A stretch of 60,839 nucleotides of DNA from Chloroflexota bacterium (GTDB lineage: Bacteria; Chloroflexota; Dehalococcoidia; SM23-28-2; RBG-16-64-32): assembly GCA_022561635.1 (NCBI GenBank), contig JADFQV010000003.1, positions 1 to 60,839 of the forward strand, read 5' to 3'. Position 1 is the stretch's first letter. Each line of letters opens with the position of its first letter. The notes beneath the pieces were generated by a model that ran no database searches, was not told where the DNA came from, and saw only the letters and a list, made by a program, of their open reading frames with translations. Both the position numbers and the translations under genes were made by a program. Below are positions 27,278 to 36,442 of the stretch, one piece after another.

Positions 27278-28083
27278 GCTCTCGGCTCCGCGGCGAACTG
27301 GCCGGGCCGGCGACCGGGGCCGGGAGGGCCGGCGAACGCCTGCGCGATCGCGATCCACTCCTTCGCTGCCTCACCGCGCACTTCGAGGTTCGTATCCGCC
27401 ACGTGGCGCCGCTGTGTGGCCACACGGCAGAAGTCCGTAGCCGTGCCGCGAACGACGTCGGCCGCCTCCGGATCGCCGAGCACCCACGTCTCGCCCGAAG
27501 GCGACGTTAGCTCGACGCGGATCGTGGTGTCGGGCGCCTGCTTGCCCCGGACCGAGTAGCTGTACGGCCGCGCCCGGACGCCGATGAACGCCACGTGGCG
27601 CAGGCGGTCGGTGTCCGGCCGGTCCGCCCCGACGGCGTCGACAACGTCCAGGCCGTGCGCCCACGTCTCCATCAGTCGGGCCGTGATGAACGACGCCGGA
27701 CTCATGTCCGGGCCGTACCAGGGCACACGCCCGGCCGGGTCTACGTTTTGCGCGGCGGTGATCAGACTGCTGCTTGCCGAGCGCCACCAGTCCAGGAGCT
27801 CGCCGGCTGTTCCGCCGCGGCCGCGCGCCAGAGGGATCGCTTCGAAATCGCCCGTGTTCTTCATCAGCTCCTCAATCTCCGCCTTGAAGGCGTCGCGGTC
27901 CTGCATCGCCCGCGTGGCGGCCTCATCGAAGTAGGCGAGGTGCGACACCTGGTCTCGCACCGACCAACCCTCAGCGGGCGTCTGCGTGTCCCAGGCCGCC
28001 TCTGAGAGGCGATCGAGCACCTTCCCGAGTGCCGCCTGTTCGGCCGCTAGGTCGTTTACGATCTCGTCCAGCGCGTCGCTCAT
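27274..28083 (-). CDS. DinB/MDMPI-fold metal-binding protein (TIGR03084-like, maleylpyruvate-isomerase N-terminal domain family)
   Basis: 269-aa ORF. WSVRDQVSHLAYFDE and a later H..D motif are typical of the mycothiol-dependent MDMPI_N/DinB superfamily. It is embedded by 4-nt overlaps between the carboxylase and hydratase genes. Confidence 0.65.
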   Translation of the reverse strand: MSDALDEIVNDLAAEQAALGKVLDRLSEAAWDTQTPAEGWSVRDQVSHLAYFDEAATRAMQDRDAFKAEIEELMKNTGDFEAIPLARGRGGTAGELLDWWRSASSSLITAAQNVDPAGRVPWYGPDMSPASFITARLMETWAHGLDVVDAVGADRPDTDRLRHVAFIGVRARPYSYSVRGKQAPDTTIRVELTSPSGETWVLGDPEAADVVRGTATDFCRVATQRRHVADTNLEVRGEAAKEWIAIAQAFAGPPGPGRRPGQFAAEPRA

Positions 28084-30065
28084 GATTCGTCCTTCCCCGT
28101 GTCTACGACCAGCAGCACGTGCCCGGCCTCGACCTGTTCGTCGGCCACGACGCGCACCTCCGTCACGATGCCGTCCTCCGCGCAGGTGATCACGTGCTCC
28201 ATCTTCATCGCCTCGACGATCACCAGCACCTCACCTGCCGTCACCTGCTGGCCGGCGCTGACCTTGACCGACACGATCCGCCCCGGCATCGGCGCCAGGT
28301 AGCCTCCCGCCGTCCGTTCGCGCTCTCGTTCCGGAAAGCGAGGCAGCTCGACCAGCCGAACTTCACCGGCCGGGCTCTGCACCCAATGGTCGGCGCCCTG
28401 ACTGACGACCGAGAGCCTCTGCTGCACGCCGTCGATCTCCAACTCGGTCCAGCCGTCTTCCGAGCGCAAGACACGCGCCTCGCCGCTATGGCCGGCGACT
28501 TCGTAGGTGAATGCGCCGTCGCCTTTTCTGAGGTACTGGGTGAGGACCTCTTCGTCTCGGTGCAGGTAGCGGACCTGCTGCATTGCCGAGGGGTTGTTCC
28601 GCCAGCCGGAGGGAATGGTGGCGAGAGCCCGCGCTTTCGCTCGTCGCGCCCGTTGTGAGGCGAGAGCGGCGGCGAGCGCGGCGGCCCGCAACTGCTCTTC
28701 GCTGACGTCACGCTCGCGAGCCGGGCTGTGGCGCTCGATGAAGTCTGTGGTCGTGTCGGCGGCGATGAAGGCGTCGTGGCGCAGGACGTTCACGAGGAAG
28801 TCCCGGTTCGAGACGATGCCGGGCATTTGCAGCCGCTCGAGGACGGTCGCCAGACGGGACGCCGCCTCGCTGCGGTCGCGCCCGTGCACGATCACCTTGG
28901 CAAGCATCGGGTCGAAGTAGGGCGAGACCTCAGAACCCGCCTCGACGCCTGACTCGAAGCGAGCCGGCAGCGCTGGGTCGGGCCGCCAGGCGATCAGGCG
29001 GCCGGTGGCGGGCAGGAAGTCGTTCGCCGGGTCTTCAGCGTAGATGCGCGCCTCGATCGCGTGACCGTCCATCCGCAGCTCTTCCTGGCGGAAGGAGAGC
29101 GGGGCGCCCTCGGCCACCTTGATCTGCTCGCGGACCAGGTCCAGACCCGTGATCTCTTCGGTCACCGGGTGCTCGACCTGAAGCCTAGTGTTCATTTCGA
29201 GGAAGTAGAAGCTCCCGTCCTTGTCCAGCATGAACTCCACGGTGCCGGCGTTGTCGTAGCCGACGGCCCTGGCGGCTTCGACGGCGGCCTCGCCCAGGCG
29301 GCGTCGCAGGTCGTCGTCCACCGCGGGCGAGGGCGACTCTTCGATGATCTTCTGGTGGCGGCGCTGGATCGAGCATTCCCTCTCGAAGCAATGGACGATG
29401 TTCCCGTGGCTGTCACCGAAGACCTGCACCTCGACGTGGCGCGCCCCCGCCAGGAAGCGCTCCAGGAACACAGTGTCGTCGCCGAAGGCGGCTGCAGCCT
29501 CCCGCCGCGCGCCCGAGACGGCGTCGGCCAGGCCAGCCTCGTCGCTGACGACGCGCATGCCCTTGCCACCGCCGCCGCTCGCCGCCTTGACCAGCAGCGG
29601 GTAGCCAACCTTGGCTGCGCGCTTGCGAACCTCCTTGGTCACGCTCCTGGCGACTCTGACCGACGGCAGGGTCGGGACGTTAGCCTCGGTCATCAGCTTC
29701 TTGGCGGCGAGCTTGTCACCCATCGTGGCGATCGCCTCCGCCCGCGGACCGACCCAGGTCAGGCCAGCGTCGACGACCGCGCGCGCGAAACCCGCGTTCT
29801 CGGCGAGGAAGCCGTAGCCGGGATGTACGGCGTCGGCCTCGGTGCGCCGGGCGGCGGCGATGATCTTCTCGATGTCGAGGTAGGTTTCCTGGCTCGTCGT
29901 GCCCCGCAGCGATACGGCCTGGTCCGCCTCTCGCACGAAGGGAGCGTCCGCGTCGGGCTCGGCGTAAACCGCGACCGTGGCGATGCCCATCTCGCGCGCC
30001 GTGCGCATGATGCGGCGGGCGATCTCGCCCCGTCCAGCGATCAGCAGTCTCGCAATTCGCGTCAC
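28080..30065 (-). CDS. biotin-dependent acyl-CoA carboxylase alpha subunit (biotin carboxylase + BCCP; MccA/AtuF-like)
   Basis: 661-aa ORF with a GTG start. It has an ATP-grasp biotin carboxylase domain (LLIAGRGEIARRIMRTAREMGI, KAASGGGGKGMRVV) and the C-terminal biotinyl-lysine motif EAMKMEH. Confidence 0.9.
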   Translation of the reverse strand: MTRIARLLIAGRGEIARRIMRTAREMGIATVAVYAEPDADAPFVREADQAVSLRGTTSQETYLDIEKIIAAARRTEADAVHPGYGFLAENAGFARAVVDAGLTWVGPRAEAIATMGDKLAAKKLMTEANVPTLPSVRVARSVTKEVRKRAAKVGYPLLVKAASGGGGKGMRVVSDEAGLADAVSGARREAAAAFGDDTVFLERFLAGARHVEVQVFGDSHGNIVHCFERECSIQRRHQKIIEESPSPAVDDDLRRRLGEAAVEAARAVGYDNAGTVEFMLDKDGSFYFLEMNTRLQVEHPVTEEITGLDLVREQIKVAEGAPLSFRQEELRMDGHAIEARIYAEDPANDFLPATGRLIAWRPDPALPARFESGVEAGSEVSPYFDPMLAKVIVHGRDRSEAASRLATVLERLQMPGIVSNRDFLVNVLRHDAFIAADTTTDFIERHSPARERDVSEEQLRAAALAAALASQRARRAKARALATIPSGWRNNPSAMQQVRYLHRDEEVLTQYLRKGDGAFTYEVAGHSGEARVLRSEDGWTELEIDGVQQRLSVVSQGADHWVQSPAGEVRLVELPRFPERERERTAGGYLAPMPGRIVSVKVSAGQQVTAGEVLVIVEAMKMEHVITCAEDGIVTEVRVVADEQVEAGHVLLVVDTGKDES

Positions 30066-30068
30066 CGG

Positions 30069-31700
30069 CTACATCCTGTAGACGCCGTAGCCCTGGGCGC
30101 CCTTGACTTCGTTGCTGTGACAGGCGGAAAGCGTTATCCCAAGCACCGTGCGCGTGTCGCGCGGGTCGATGATGCCGTCGTCGACGACGCGCCCGGTGGC
30201 GTACAGCGCGAGCGAAGCCTTCTCCGTGAAGTCCTCGACCCCGGCCGTGATCATCGCGTCCTCAGCCTCGTTGAACTCTTCCCCCGTTCTGGCGGCCGCA
30301 GCGCGCCTGACGATCGACATGACGCCGGCGAGCTGCTTCGGACCCATGACCGAGATCTTGGCGGTCGGCCACGTGAACACGAAGCGCGTGTCGTAGGCGC
30401 GGCCGCTCATGCCGTAGTTGCCGGCGCCGTAGCTGGCGCCGATGATGACGGTGATGTGCGGCACCTTCGAGTTCGAGACCGCGTTGATCATCTTCGAGCC
30501 CTCTTTGACGATGCCGCCCTGCTCGTAGACCTTGCCCACGATGTACCCCGTGATGTTCTGCAAGAAGATAATCGGGACGTCGATCTGGTTGCAGAGCTGG
30601 ATGAACTGGGCGGCCTTCTGCGATTCGTTCAGGAAGAGCACGCCGTTGTTGCCCAGGATGCCGACTGGGAACCCGTGAATCGAGGCCCAGCCCGTAACCA
30701 GGGTCGGCCCGTAGAGCGGCTTGAACTCCTCGAAGCGTGAGCCGTCAACGATGCGCCCGATTACCTCGCGGATGTCCATCGGCGTGCGCAGATCGACCGG
30801 TAGCAGGCCGAGGAGGTCTTCGCGGTCGTACAGGGGCTCGTCCGGCGGCATCGACGGTCCGGGGCCCAGCTTCCGCCAGTTGAGGTGCGTGATCACGCTG
30901 CGGGCCATGCGCAGGGCGTCGACTTCGTCCTCGGCAAGATAGTCGGCGAGGCCGGACTTCGTGGCGTGAACCTCCGCGCCGCCCAGCTCTTCGGCGTCCG
31001 AGTCTTCGCCGGTCGCCATCTTCACCAGGGGCGGGCCGCCCAGGAACACCTTCGACCGTCCGCGGATGAAGATGTTGTAGTCGGACATGCCGGGCTGGTA
31101 GGCGCCGCCGGCGGTTGAGCTGCCGAAGACGATCGATACCGTCGGGATGCGCATCGCCGAAAGCTCGGTGATGTCGTGGAAGAGCCGGCCGCTTTCCGCG
31201 AAGTGGCCCAGCTGGCGGCGCATGTCGTCTTCGGGCGAGCCGCCGCCGCGCGGCCGCAGATCGGCGCCGGCGGACTCCACGAACTGGATGTAGGGCAGGC
31301 GATTGAGCCGGGCGATCTCCAGCGCGCGGTCGATCTTCTTGCCGACGATCGGCGTGATTGCGCCGCTGATCACGGTCGGGTCGTTGCCGGCGATGATGCA
31401 CTCCACGTCGGCGACCACGCCGATGCCCGTCACGAACCCGCCGCCGACGGCGAAGTCGGTGCCCCAGCCCGCCAGCGGACTGAGTTCGAGGAACGGCGAG
31501 TCGCGGTCGAGGAGCAGTTCCAGCCGCTCGCGCACCATCATCTTCCCTCGCGACCGCAGCCGCTCGACGCTGCGTTCGCCGCCACCCGCCCGGGCCACTT
31601 CGAGCTGCCCGTCGATCTCTTTGAGCAGAGCGCTCATGGCCTCCCGATTCGTGCGGAAGCCCTCAGAGTTGGGGTCGATGCTCGTTTGCCAGCGTTCCAC
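30069..31700 (-). CDS. acyl-CoA carboxylase carboxyltransferase beta subunit (MccB/AtuC-like)
   Basis: 543-aa ORF with a carboxyl_trans domain in two halves (SAGADLRPRGG..., GASYGAGNYGMSGRAY). It is the first gene of the minus-strand operon. Confidence 0.9.
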   Translation of the reverse strand: MERWQTSIDPNSEGFRTNREAMSALLKEIDGQLEVARAGGGERSVERLRSRGKMMVRERLELLLDRDSPFLELSPLAGWGTDFAVGGGFVTGIGVVADVECIIAGNDPTVISGAITPIVGKKIDRALEIARLNRLPYIQFVESAGADLRPRGGGSPEDDMRRQLGHFAESGRLFHDITELSAMRIPTVSIVFGSSTAGGAYQPGMSDYNIFIRGRSKVFLGGPPLVKMATGEDSDAEELGGAEVHATKSGLADYLAEDEVDALRMARSVITHLNWRKLGPGPSMPPDEPLYDREDLLGLLPVDLRTPMDIREVIGRIVDGSRFEEFKPLYGPTLVTGWASIHGFPVGILGNNGVLFLNESQKAAQFIQLCNQIDVPIIFLQNITGYIVGKVYEQGGIVKEGSKMINAVSNSKVPHITVIIGASYGAGNYGMSGRAYDTRFVFTWPTAKISVMGPKQLAGVMSIVRRAAAARTGEEFNEAEDAMITAGVEDFTEKASLALYATGRVVDDGIIDPRDTRTVLGITLSACHSNEVKGAQGYGVYRM

Positions 31701-31868
31701 TCAGTATTCCTCGTTCGACGGGAAGTGTCGGTGCGAGGCGTATTGTAGGCGCGCCGTTCGCACGGGCGCAATTTGCGTTGACGTTCGCCACGATTGGGGG
31801 ACGGCCCCTGCCGCACCCACGCAAGGTGCTGCGAGTGACGCGCCTCGAAGTCTTCCGGCAGGTGCGTC

Positions 31869-32867
31869 TTAGGCTTGCGGGGACACCGGCACGAGTGATC
31901 CGTTGGAGCTCATCGTGTAAGGGATTGCTCCCTCGGAGATGTCGGGAGACAGCTCATCGCCCACCTGGATTACCGCCCCTTCGGGAAGATCCCAGCTTTC
32001 CCTGGCGGCTCGTCTCAGGGCTCCACGGCTCTCCAGGCCCATCGCTGCATAGGTCGGATTTAGCACCCCACGAATAACGGACCTCGCGGAGTCGATGCCG
32101 GTCGAGAGCACCGCCTCCAGGAACGCCTCAGCGTTGGGAAGCTTCAGCATCGGCATGCGATATTTTTCGTAGACGTCCCACATCGCCTGAAGGGCCTTAT
32201 CCGGCCAGAACTTGAGGTACACCTTCGTGATCTGGCGGAAGACGCCTTCGTGAAACCCCTCGTCCGTCGCCAGCGTCCGGCAAACGCCGGCGATCGCCGG
32301 ATAGACGGGCCGATTGGCCGAATCTGTCGGCGAACCATATTCCTGCCACAGGCGCTTCTGCATGTCCTTGTAGTTGCGCTTCGTCTGTCTCTCCTGCGCG
32401 ATCGCGTAAGCGGCGCCTCGCTCCGGTGTCGCCTCGTGACCGGTCTGCCTCTCGAACGTCCACGTGTCCTGACCGCATTCGTAGGTGTACTCGTCGAGTT
32501 CCCTCTGTGAGTACAGCCCGGAATCGACCAGGCAGTACCACAGGGCGTGGCTGTGGCGCGTCTCATCGAAGACCCACTGGGTGTAGATCTGCCGGGTGCT
32601 GAGGCTGTCGCCGGACGCTCGAACGGCGATTACCGCGTAGTCCTCGATGAAAGTTTCGACGCCGTAGTCTCCGAGCAGAATCTCCCGCGACTCCGGGCTC
32701 ACCGCTGCGCTGTACTCTGGCATCTCCGATCTCTGCGGCAGATGCTTGGCGATCCACCTCGGGCCTTTGGCGAAGTACTGTTCGTAGATTTCGGCAACGG
32801 CCTTCTGAATGGCGGTGTTCTTGCCTTCCTGGGTCCAGGGATTAGTGTTCGTGTAGACCAATGGCAT
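31869..32867 (-). CDS. ferritin-like di-iron carboxylate protein (soluble acyl-ACP-desaturase-like)
   Basis: ORF 31869..32891 trimmed to ATG 32867, with GAGGAAG upstream. It has two E-x-x-H motifs (DETRHSHAL and TDEGFHEGV) plus upstream Glu residues, the di-iron ligand pattern of the DesA-type family. Confidence 0.65.
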   Translation of the reverse strand: MPLVYTNTNPWTQEGKNTAIQKAVAEIYEQYFAKGPRWIAKHLPQRSEMPEYSAAVSPESREILLGDYGVETFIEDYAVIAVRASGDSLSTRQIYTQWVFDETRHSHALWYCLVDSGLYSQRELDEYTYECGQDTWTFERQTGHEATPERGAAYAIAQERQTKRNYKDMQKRLWQEYGSPTDSANRPVYPAIAGVCRTLATDEGFHEGVFRQITKVYLKFWPDKALQAMWDVYEKYRMPMLKLPNAEAFLEAVLSTGIDSARSVIRGVLNPTYAAMGLESRGALRRAARESWDLPEGAVIQVGDELSPDISEGAIPYTMSSNGSLVPVSPQA

Positions 32868-33054
32868 CTTCCTCGTTCTTCGTAGCCCCACGGCAGTGGC
32901 CGGAGCCGGTTGGAGCTTGGCGTTGCTCCCATATTCCTGACCGTAGTTCGCGGATTTCAGGCTCGGTCATTACTTAATCGATTCAATCCGTAAACAGTAT
33001 ACGTTCATTTCCCTAAGGCGCTCGTCGCCCCCTCGCGTCTGCCCACTCATTAAA

Positions 33055-34179
33055 TCACTTAGCCCCGTCAAGAAACTCCTCGAAGCCGGAGCTGGCGTGA
33101 GGCCCAATACAGATCTGTTCGAGGACGCCGATGCCCTCCAGGCCGTCCATCCGGGCGCGCATCACCTGCTGAATGTGCACGTCTTCCAGGGCCAGCGGGT
33201 TGATCTCATCAGTCTTCCAGGACTCTCCGCCGATCGCCAGTTCGCCCTTCCAGCGGCCGTGTCCCCACTCCGGGTGCAGGTAACCGATGCCCTTCATGCG
33301 GAAGCAGAGCAGGGGATCGAGTTCGATCACGTGGCGTTCGCCGGACGGCGCGACGAGGTCGAGCTGGGCCGACTGCGCTCTTCGGGTGCCCGTTTCGTAG
33401 GTGATCCGGTGCGACACGGACGCCATCCGCTGGGCGCCCGGGTCTTCTATCCCCGGAATCTCTTCGGGCGAAGCGTACGCTGGGACGATCGCACCAGCCT
33501 GATGCCAGGCGAGGCCGCGCTCGTCCTCGAGGATGCCAAAGTGCGTGCAGTGGTTCGGCCAGTGAATCGGCGCCCAGAGGAAGAAGAACTGCGGCAGCTG
33601 CGTCGCCGGCGCTCCTCCTACTTCCGGTTCGCCGATCGGGCGAACGCCCCAGGAGCGGTCTTTCGTGCCGTAGACCCGCGACGAGTCGACGGCAAGCGTC
33701 TTTCCCGCGTAGCGGATCTCGCCCTGCCAGCGGCCGAACTGGGCGAACCGGCAAACGTCAAAGACCGCGCGCGCACCCTGGCGCAGAGTCTGACGGCCCT
33801 CCTCGACACAGGCGGTGCGCGCAGTGAAGACGAGGTCGCACTCGATCCCCGTCTCGTTCGGGTTGAGCGTCACGCGCGTCTTTCGCATCGGCTCAAGGAC
33901 CTCGATGCGGAAAGGCCCCACCGTGCTGTCGCTGGGTTCGGCGGGGGCCCGGCGCGAGCCGTGGAAGGCGTGCTGCTCGCCATCGCGGACGATGCTGAAG
34001 GCGCAATCGAGGATCCCCCGGTTGGGATAGAGCCCCATGCCCACGGCGAAGTAGAATTCGCCGTCGTCGGTATAGCCGTTGAACCAGTAGCGGTCGTAGA
34101 CGTTGCGGTCGCTGGAGGCGGCGTGAGCCACCGGCTCGGGCGTTTGGTGTATCGGGTAGTCGTCGAATCGCGTCAGCAT
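33055..34179 (-). CDS. conserved hypothetical protein
   Basis: 374-aa ORF with protein-like composition. The N-terminus is MLTRFDDYPIHQTPEPVAH...DRYWFNGY. No family confidently recognised. Confidence 0.6.
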   Translation of the reverse strand: MLTRFDDYPIHQTPEPVAHAASSDRNVYDRYWFNGYTDDGEFYFAVGMGLYPNRGILDCAFSIVRDGEQHAFHGSRRAPAEPSDSTVGPFRIEVLEPMRKTRVTLNPNETGIECDLVFTARTACVEEGRQTLRQGARAVFDVCRFAQFGRWQGEIRYAGKTLAVDSSRVYGTKDRSWGVRPIGEPEVGGAPATQLPQFFFLWAPIHWPNHCTHFGILEDERGLAWHQAGAIVPAYASPEEIPGIEDPGAQRMASVSHRITYETGTRRAQSAQLDLVAPSGERHVIELDPLLCFRMKGIGYLHPEWGHGRWKGELAIGGESWKTDEINPLALEDVHIQQVMRARMDGLEGIGVLEQICIGPHASSGFEEFLDGAK

Positions 34180-34283
34180 TGGGTTCCCTTCTCTGCGGGT
34201 CGGCTCAAGCGCCGTAGCGCTCGTTTTGCCCGTACCGTTCTTCGACGCCGATCAGTTCGTTGGACCAGCGCTGGCCTCTGGCC

Positions 34284-35480
34284 CTACTTTTTGAACTTCG
34301 CCGCTTCGTCGGAGCCGCCCGTAACGTCGCCTTCGCTGTAGGCGTGTGCGCCGGCGCCGGCTAGCTTGCCACCGTCTACGATCAGGTACTCCTCGCGCAT
34401 CGGGCGGCCGTCGAAGAAGCACTCCAGGATTTCGCGGGTGCCAGCCGCGTAGCGCGCTTGGGCGGAGAGCGATGTGCCCGAGACGTGTGGCGTCATGCCG
34501 TGGTGCGGCATCGTGCGCCAGGGGTGGTCCTGTGGCGCCGGCTGCGGGAACCAGACATCGCCCGCGTAGCCCGCGAGCTGGCCGCTTTCGAGCCCGCGGG
34601 CCACGGCGTCGCGATCGCAGATCTTGCCGCGGGCCGTGTTCACGAGGAAGGCTCCGCGCTTCATCTTGGCGATGAAGGCGTCGTTGACCATGTGCTCCGT
34701 CCCGGGGTGCAGCGGGGCGTTGATGGTAACCACATCGCAAACCTGGATCAGCGATTCGGCATCCGGATGGTAGGTCACTCCCAGCTCGGCCGCTACGTCC
34801 TCCGGCAGGCGGTGCTGGTCCGTGTAGTGGAGCTTGACGTCGAACGGCTTGAGGCGCTTGAGGACGGCGGTGCCGATGCGTCCGGCGCCGATCGTGCCCA
34901 CGTCCATCCCTTCGAGGTCGTAGGAGCGGGCGACGCAGTCGGCGATGTTCCAGCCGCCATCGATCACCCACTTGTAGGACGGAATGTAGTTGCGGACGAG
35001 CGAGAGGATCGCCATCACGACGTGCTCGCTGACGCTGATGCTGTTGGAGTAGGTCACCTCGGCGACGGTCATGCCCTTCTCCATCGCTGCCTGCAGGTCG
35101 ACGTGGTCGGAGCCGATGCCGGCGGTTATCGCCAGCTTCAGCTTCGGCGCTTTGGCGATCCGCTCGGCCGTCAGATAGGCCGGCCAGAACGGCTGCGAGA
35201 TGACGACGTCGGCGTCCGGCAGTTCACGCTCGAAGACGCTGTTCGCACCGTCCTTGTCGGAGGTGACGACCAGAGTGTGCCCCTGCTTCTCCAGGAAGGC
35301 GCGCAGGCCAAGCTCTCCCGAGACCGATCCCAGAAGCTCTCCGGGCTGGAAGTCGAGTGCCTCGGGCGTCGGCAGCGTCTGCCCGTCCGGATAGCGCTGG
35401 AGCGATGGTATTCCGTCACGTGCGTACGACGTCGGGTAGCCGTCGACAGGATCATCGTAGAGCACGCACAGGATCTTCAT
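34284..35480 (-). CDS. fdh: NAD+-dependent formate dehydrogenase
   Basis: 398-aa ORF with GAGGAGG upstream. It is almost colinear with the classical Pseudomonas sp. 101-type FDH (MKILCVLYDDPVDGYP, GSVSGELGLR, TAGIGSDHVDL, GDVWFPQPAPQDHPWRTMP, GGSDEAAKFKK). Confidence 0.92.
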   Translation of the reverse strand: MKILCVLYDDPVDGYPTSYARDGIPSLQRYPDGQTLPTPEALDFQPGELLGSVSGELGLRAFLEKQGHTLVVTSDKDGANSVFERELPDADVVISQPFWPAYLTAERIAKAPKLKLAITAGIGSDHVDLQAAMEKGMTVAEVTYSNSISVSEHVVMAILSLVRNYIPSYKWVIDGGWNIADCVARSYDLEGMDVGTIGAGRIGTAVLKRLKPFDVKLHYTDQHRLPEDVAAELGVTYHPDAESLIQVCDVVTINAPLHPGTEHMVNDAFIAKMKRGAFLVNTARGKICDRDAVARGLESGQLAGYAGDVWFPQPAPQDHPWRTMPHHGMTPHVSGTSLSAQARYAAGTREILECFFDGRPMREEYLIVDGGKLAGAGAHAYSEGDVTGGSDEAAKFKK

Positions 35481-35619
35481 CTCGTTCCTCCTCAGGCAAT
35501 GGGGGGCGCTGTCGAGAGGAGAGGTTACACCATTGGCAACGCGAGGCGTCGTTGTCTTGCACGGCCGCTTCGTGCGAATCTACTGGTAACCGCCTGGAGC
35601 CGAAAGGCGAGGAGCTCCG

Positions 35620-36423
35620 ATGACCGACTCAGGAAGCGAACAGCCGCCCCTTCTCCTGGAGCAGGACGGTGCGGTGGTCACCATCACCATCAACGACCCG
35701 CCGCGAAACAGGCTTGGCCTGGCGTTGATGGACGAGCTCGAGGCACAGACCATCAGGTTGGCGAGCGATAAGTCCGTCCACGCGATCGTCCTCCGGGGCG
35801 CCGGGGAGGAACACTTCTCCGTCGGCATGGACCTCAAGCAGCTGCCGGAAGGCGTGCGCCGGATGGGGAGCATCGAGGCGGTGCTCGATCAACGACTGCG
35901 CGTGCTGGCCGCGATCGAAAGCATGGAGAAGCCCTGGGTCGCGGTCATGCGCGGCTACTGCCTGGGAGGCGGACTGGAGCTGCCACTGGCCTGCCACTTC
36001 CGGGTGGCCGCGGCCGAGGGGGCGAAGATCGGTCTTCCCGAGCTGGATCTGGGGACGGTGCCGGCGTGGGGCGGAACAGTGCGCCTGACCCGCTGCATCG
36101 GCCGGGACCAGGCTCTGGACATGATCCTCCGCGCCCGGATGATATCCGGCGTTGAGGCGCACCGGATCGGGCTCGTTCACGAGGTCTGGCCCAACGACGA
36201 GCTTCAGCAACGCGCGGACGATCTGGCCCAGAGGCTGGCGGAGGGGCCGGCGATTGCCATCGCCGGCGTTCTGCGGTCCGTCGTCGGCGCCGCAGACAAG
36301 ACGCTTGAGGAAGCTCTCGCCGAGGAGCGACGGGCCGTGCTGGAAACGATGGGGACGAAAGACCAGCGAGAGGGTATGACGGCGTTCCTCGAGAAGCGGA
36401 AGCCAAAGTTCACGGGCGAGTGA
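35620..36423 (+). CDS. enoyl-CoA hydratase/isomerase family protein
   Basis: 267-aa ORF with the crotonase fold (FSVGMDLKQ, GYCLGGGLELPLAC). Confidence 0.85.
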   Translation: MTDSGSEQPPLLLEQDGAVVTITINDPPRNRLGLALMDELEAQTIRLASDKSVHAIVLRGAGEEHFSVGMDLKQLPEGVRRMGSIEAVLDQRLRVLAAIESMEKPWVAVMRGYCLGGGLELPLACHFRVAAAEGAKIGLPELDLGTVPAWGGTVRLTRCIGRDQALDMILRARMISGVEAHRIGLVHEVWPNDELQQRADDLAQRLAEGPAIAIAGVLRSVVGAADKTLEEALAEERRAVLETMGTKDQREGMTAFLEKRKPKFTGE

Positions 36424-36442
36424 TGGAGTTGATGCCGTAGCG

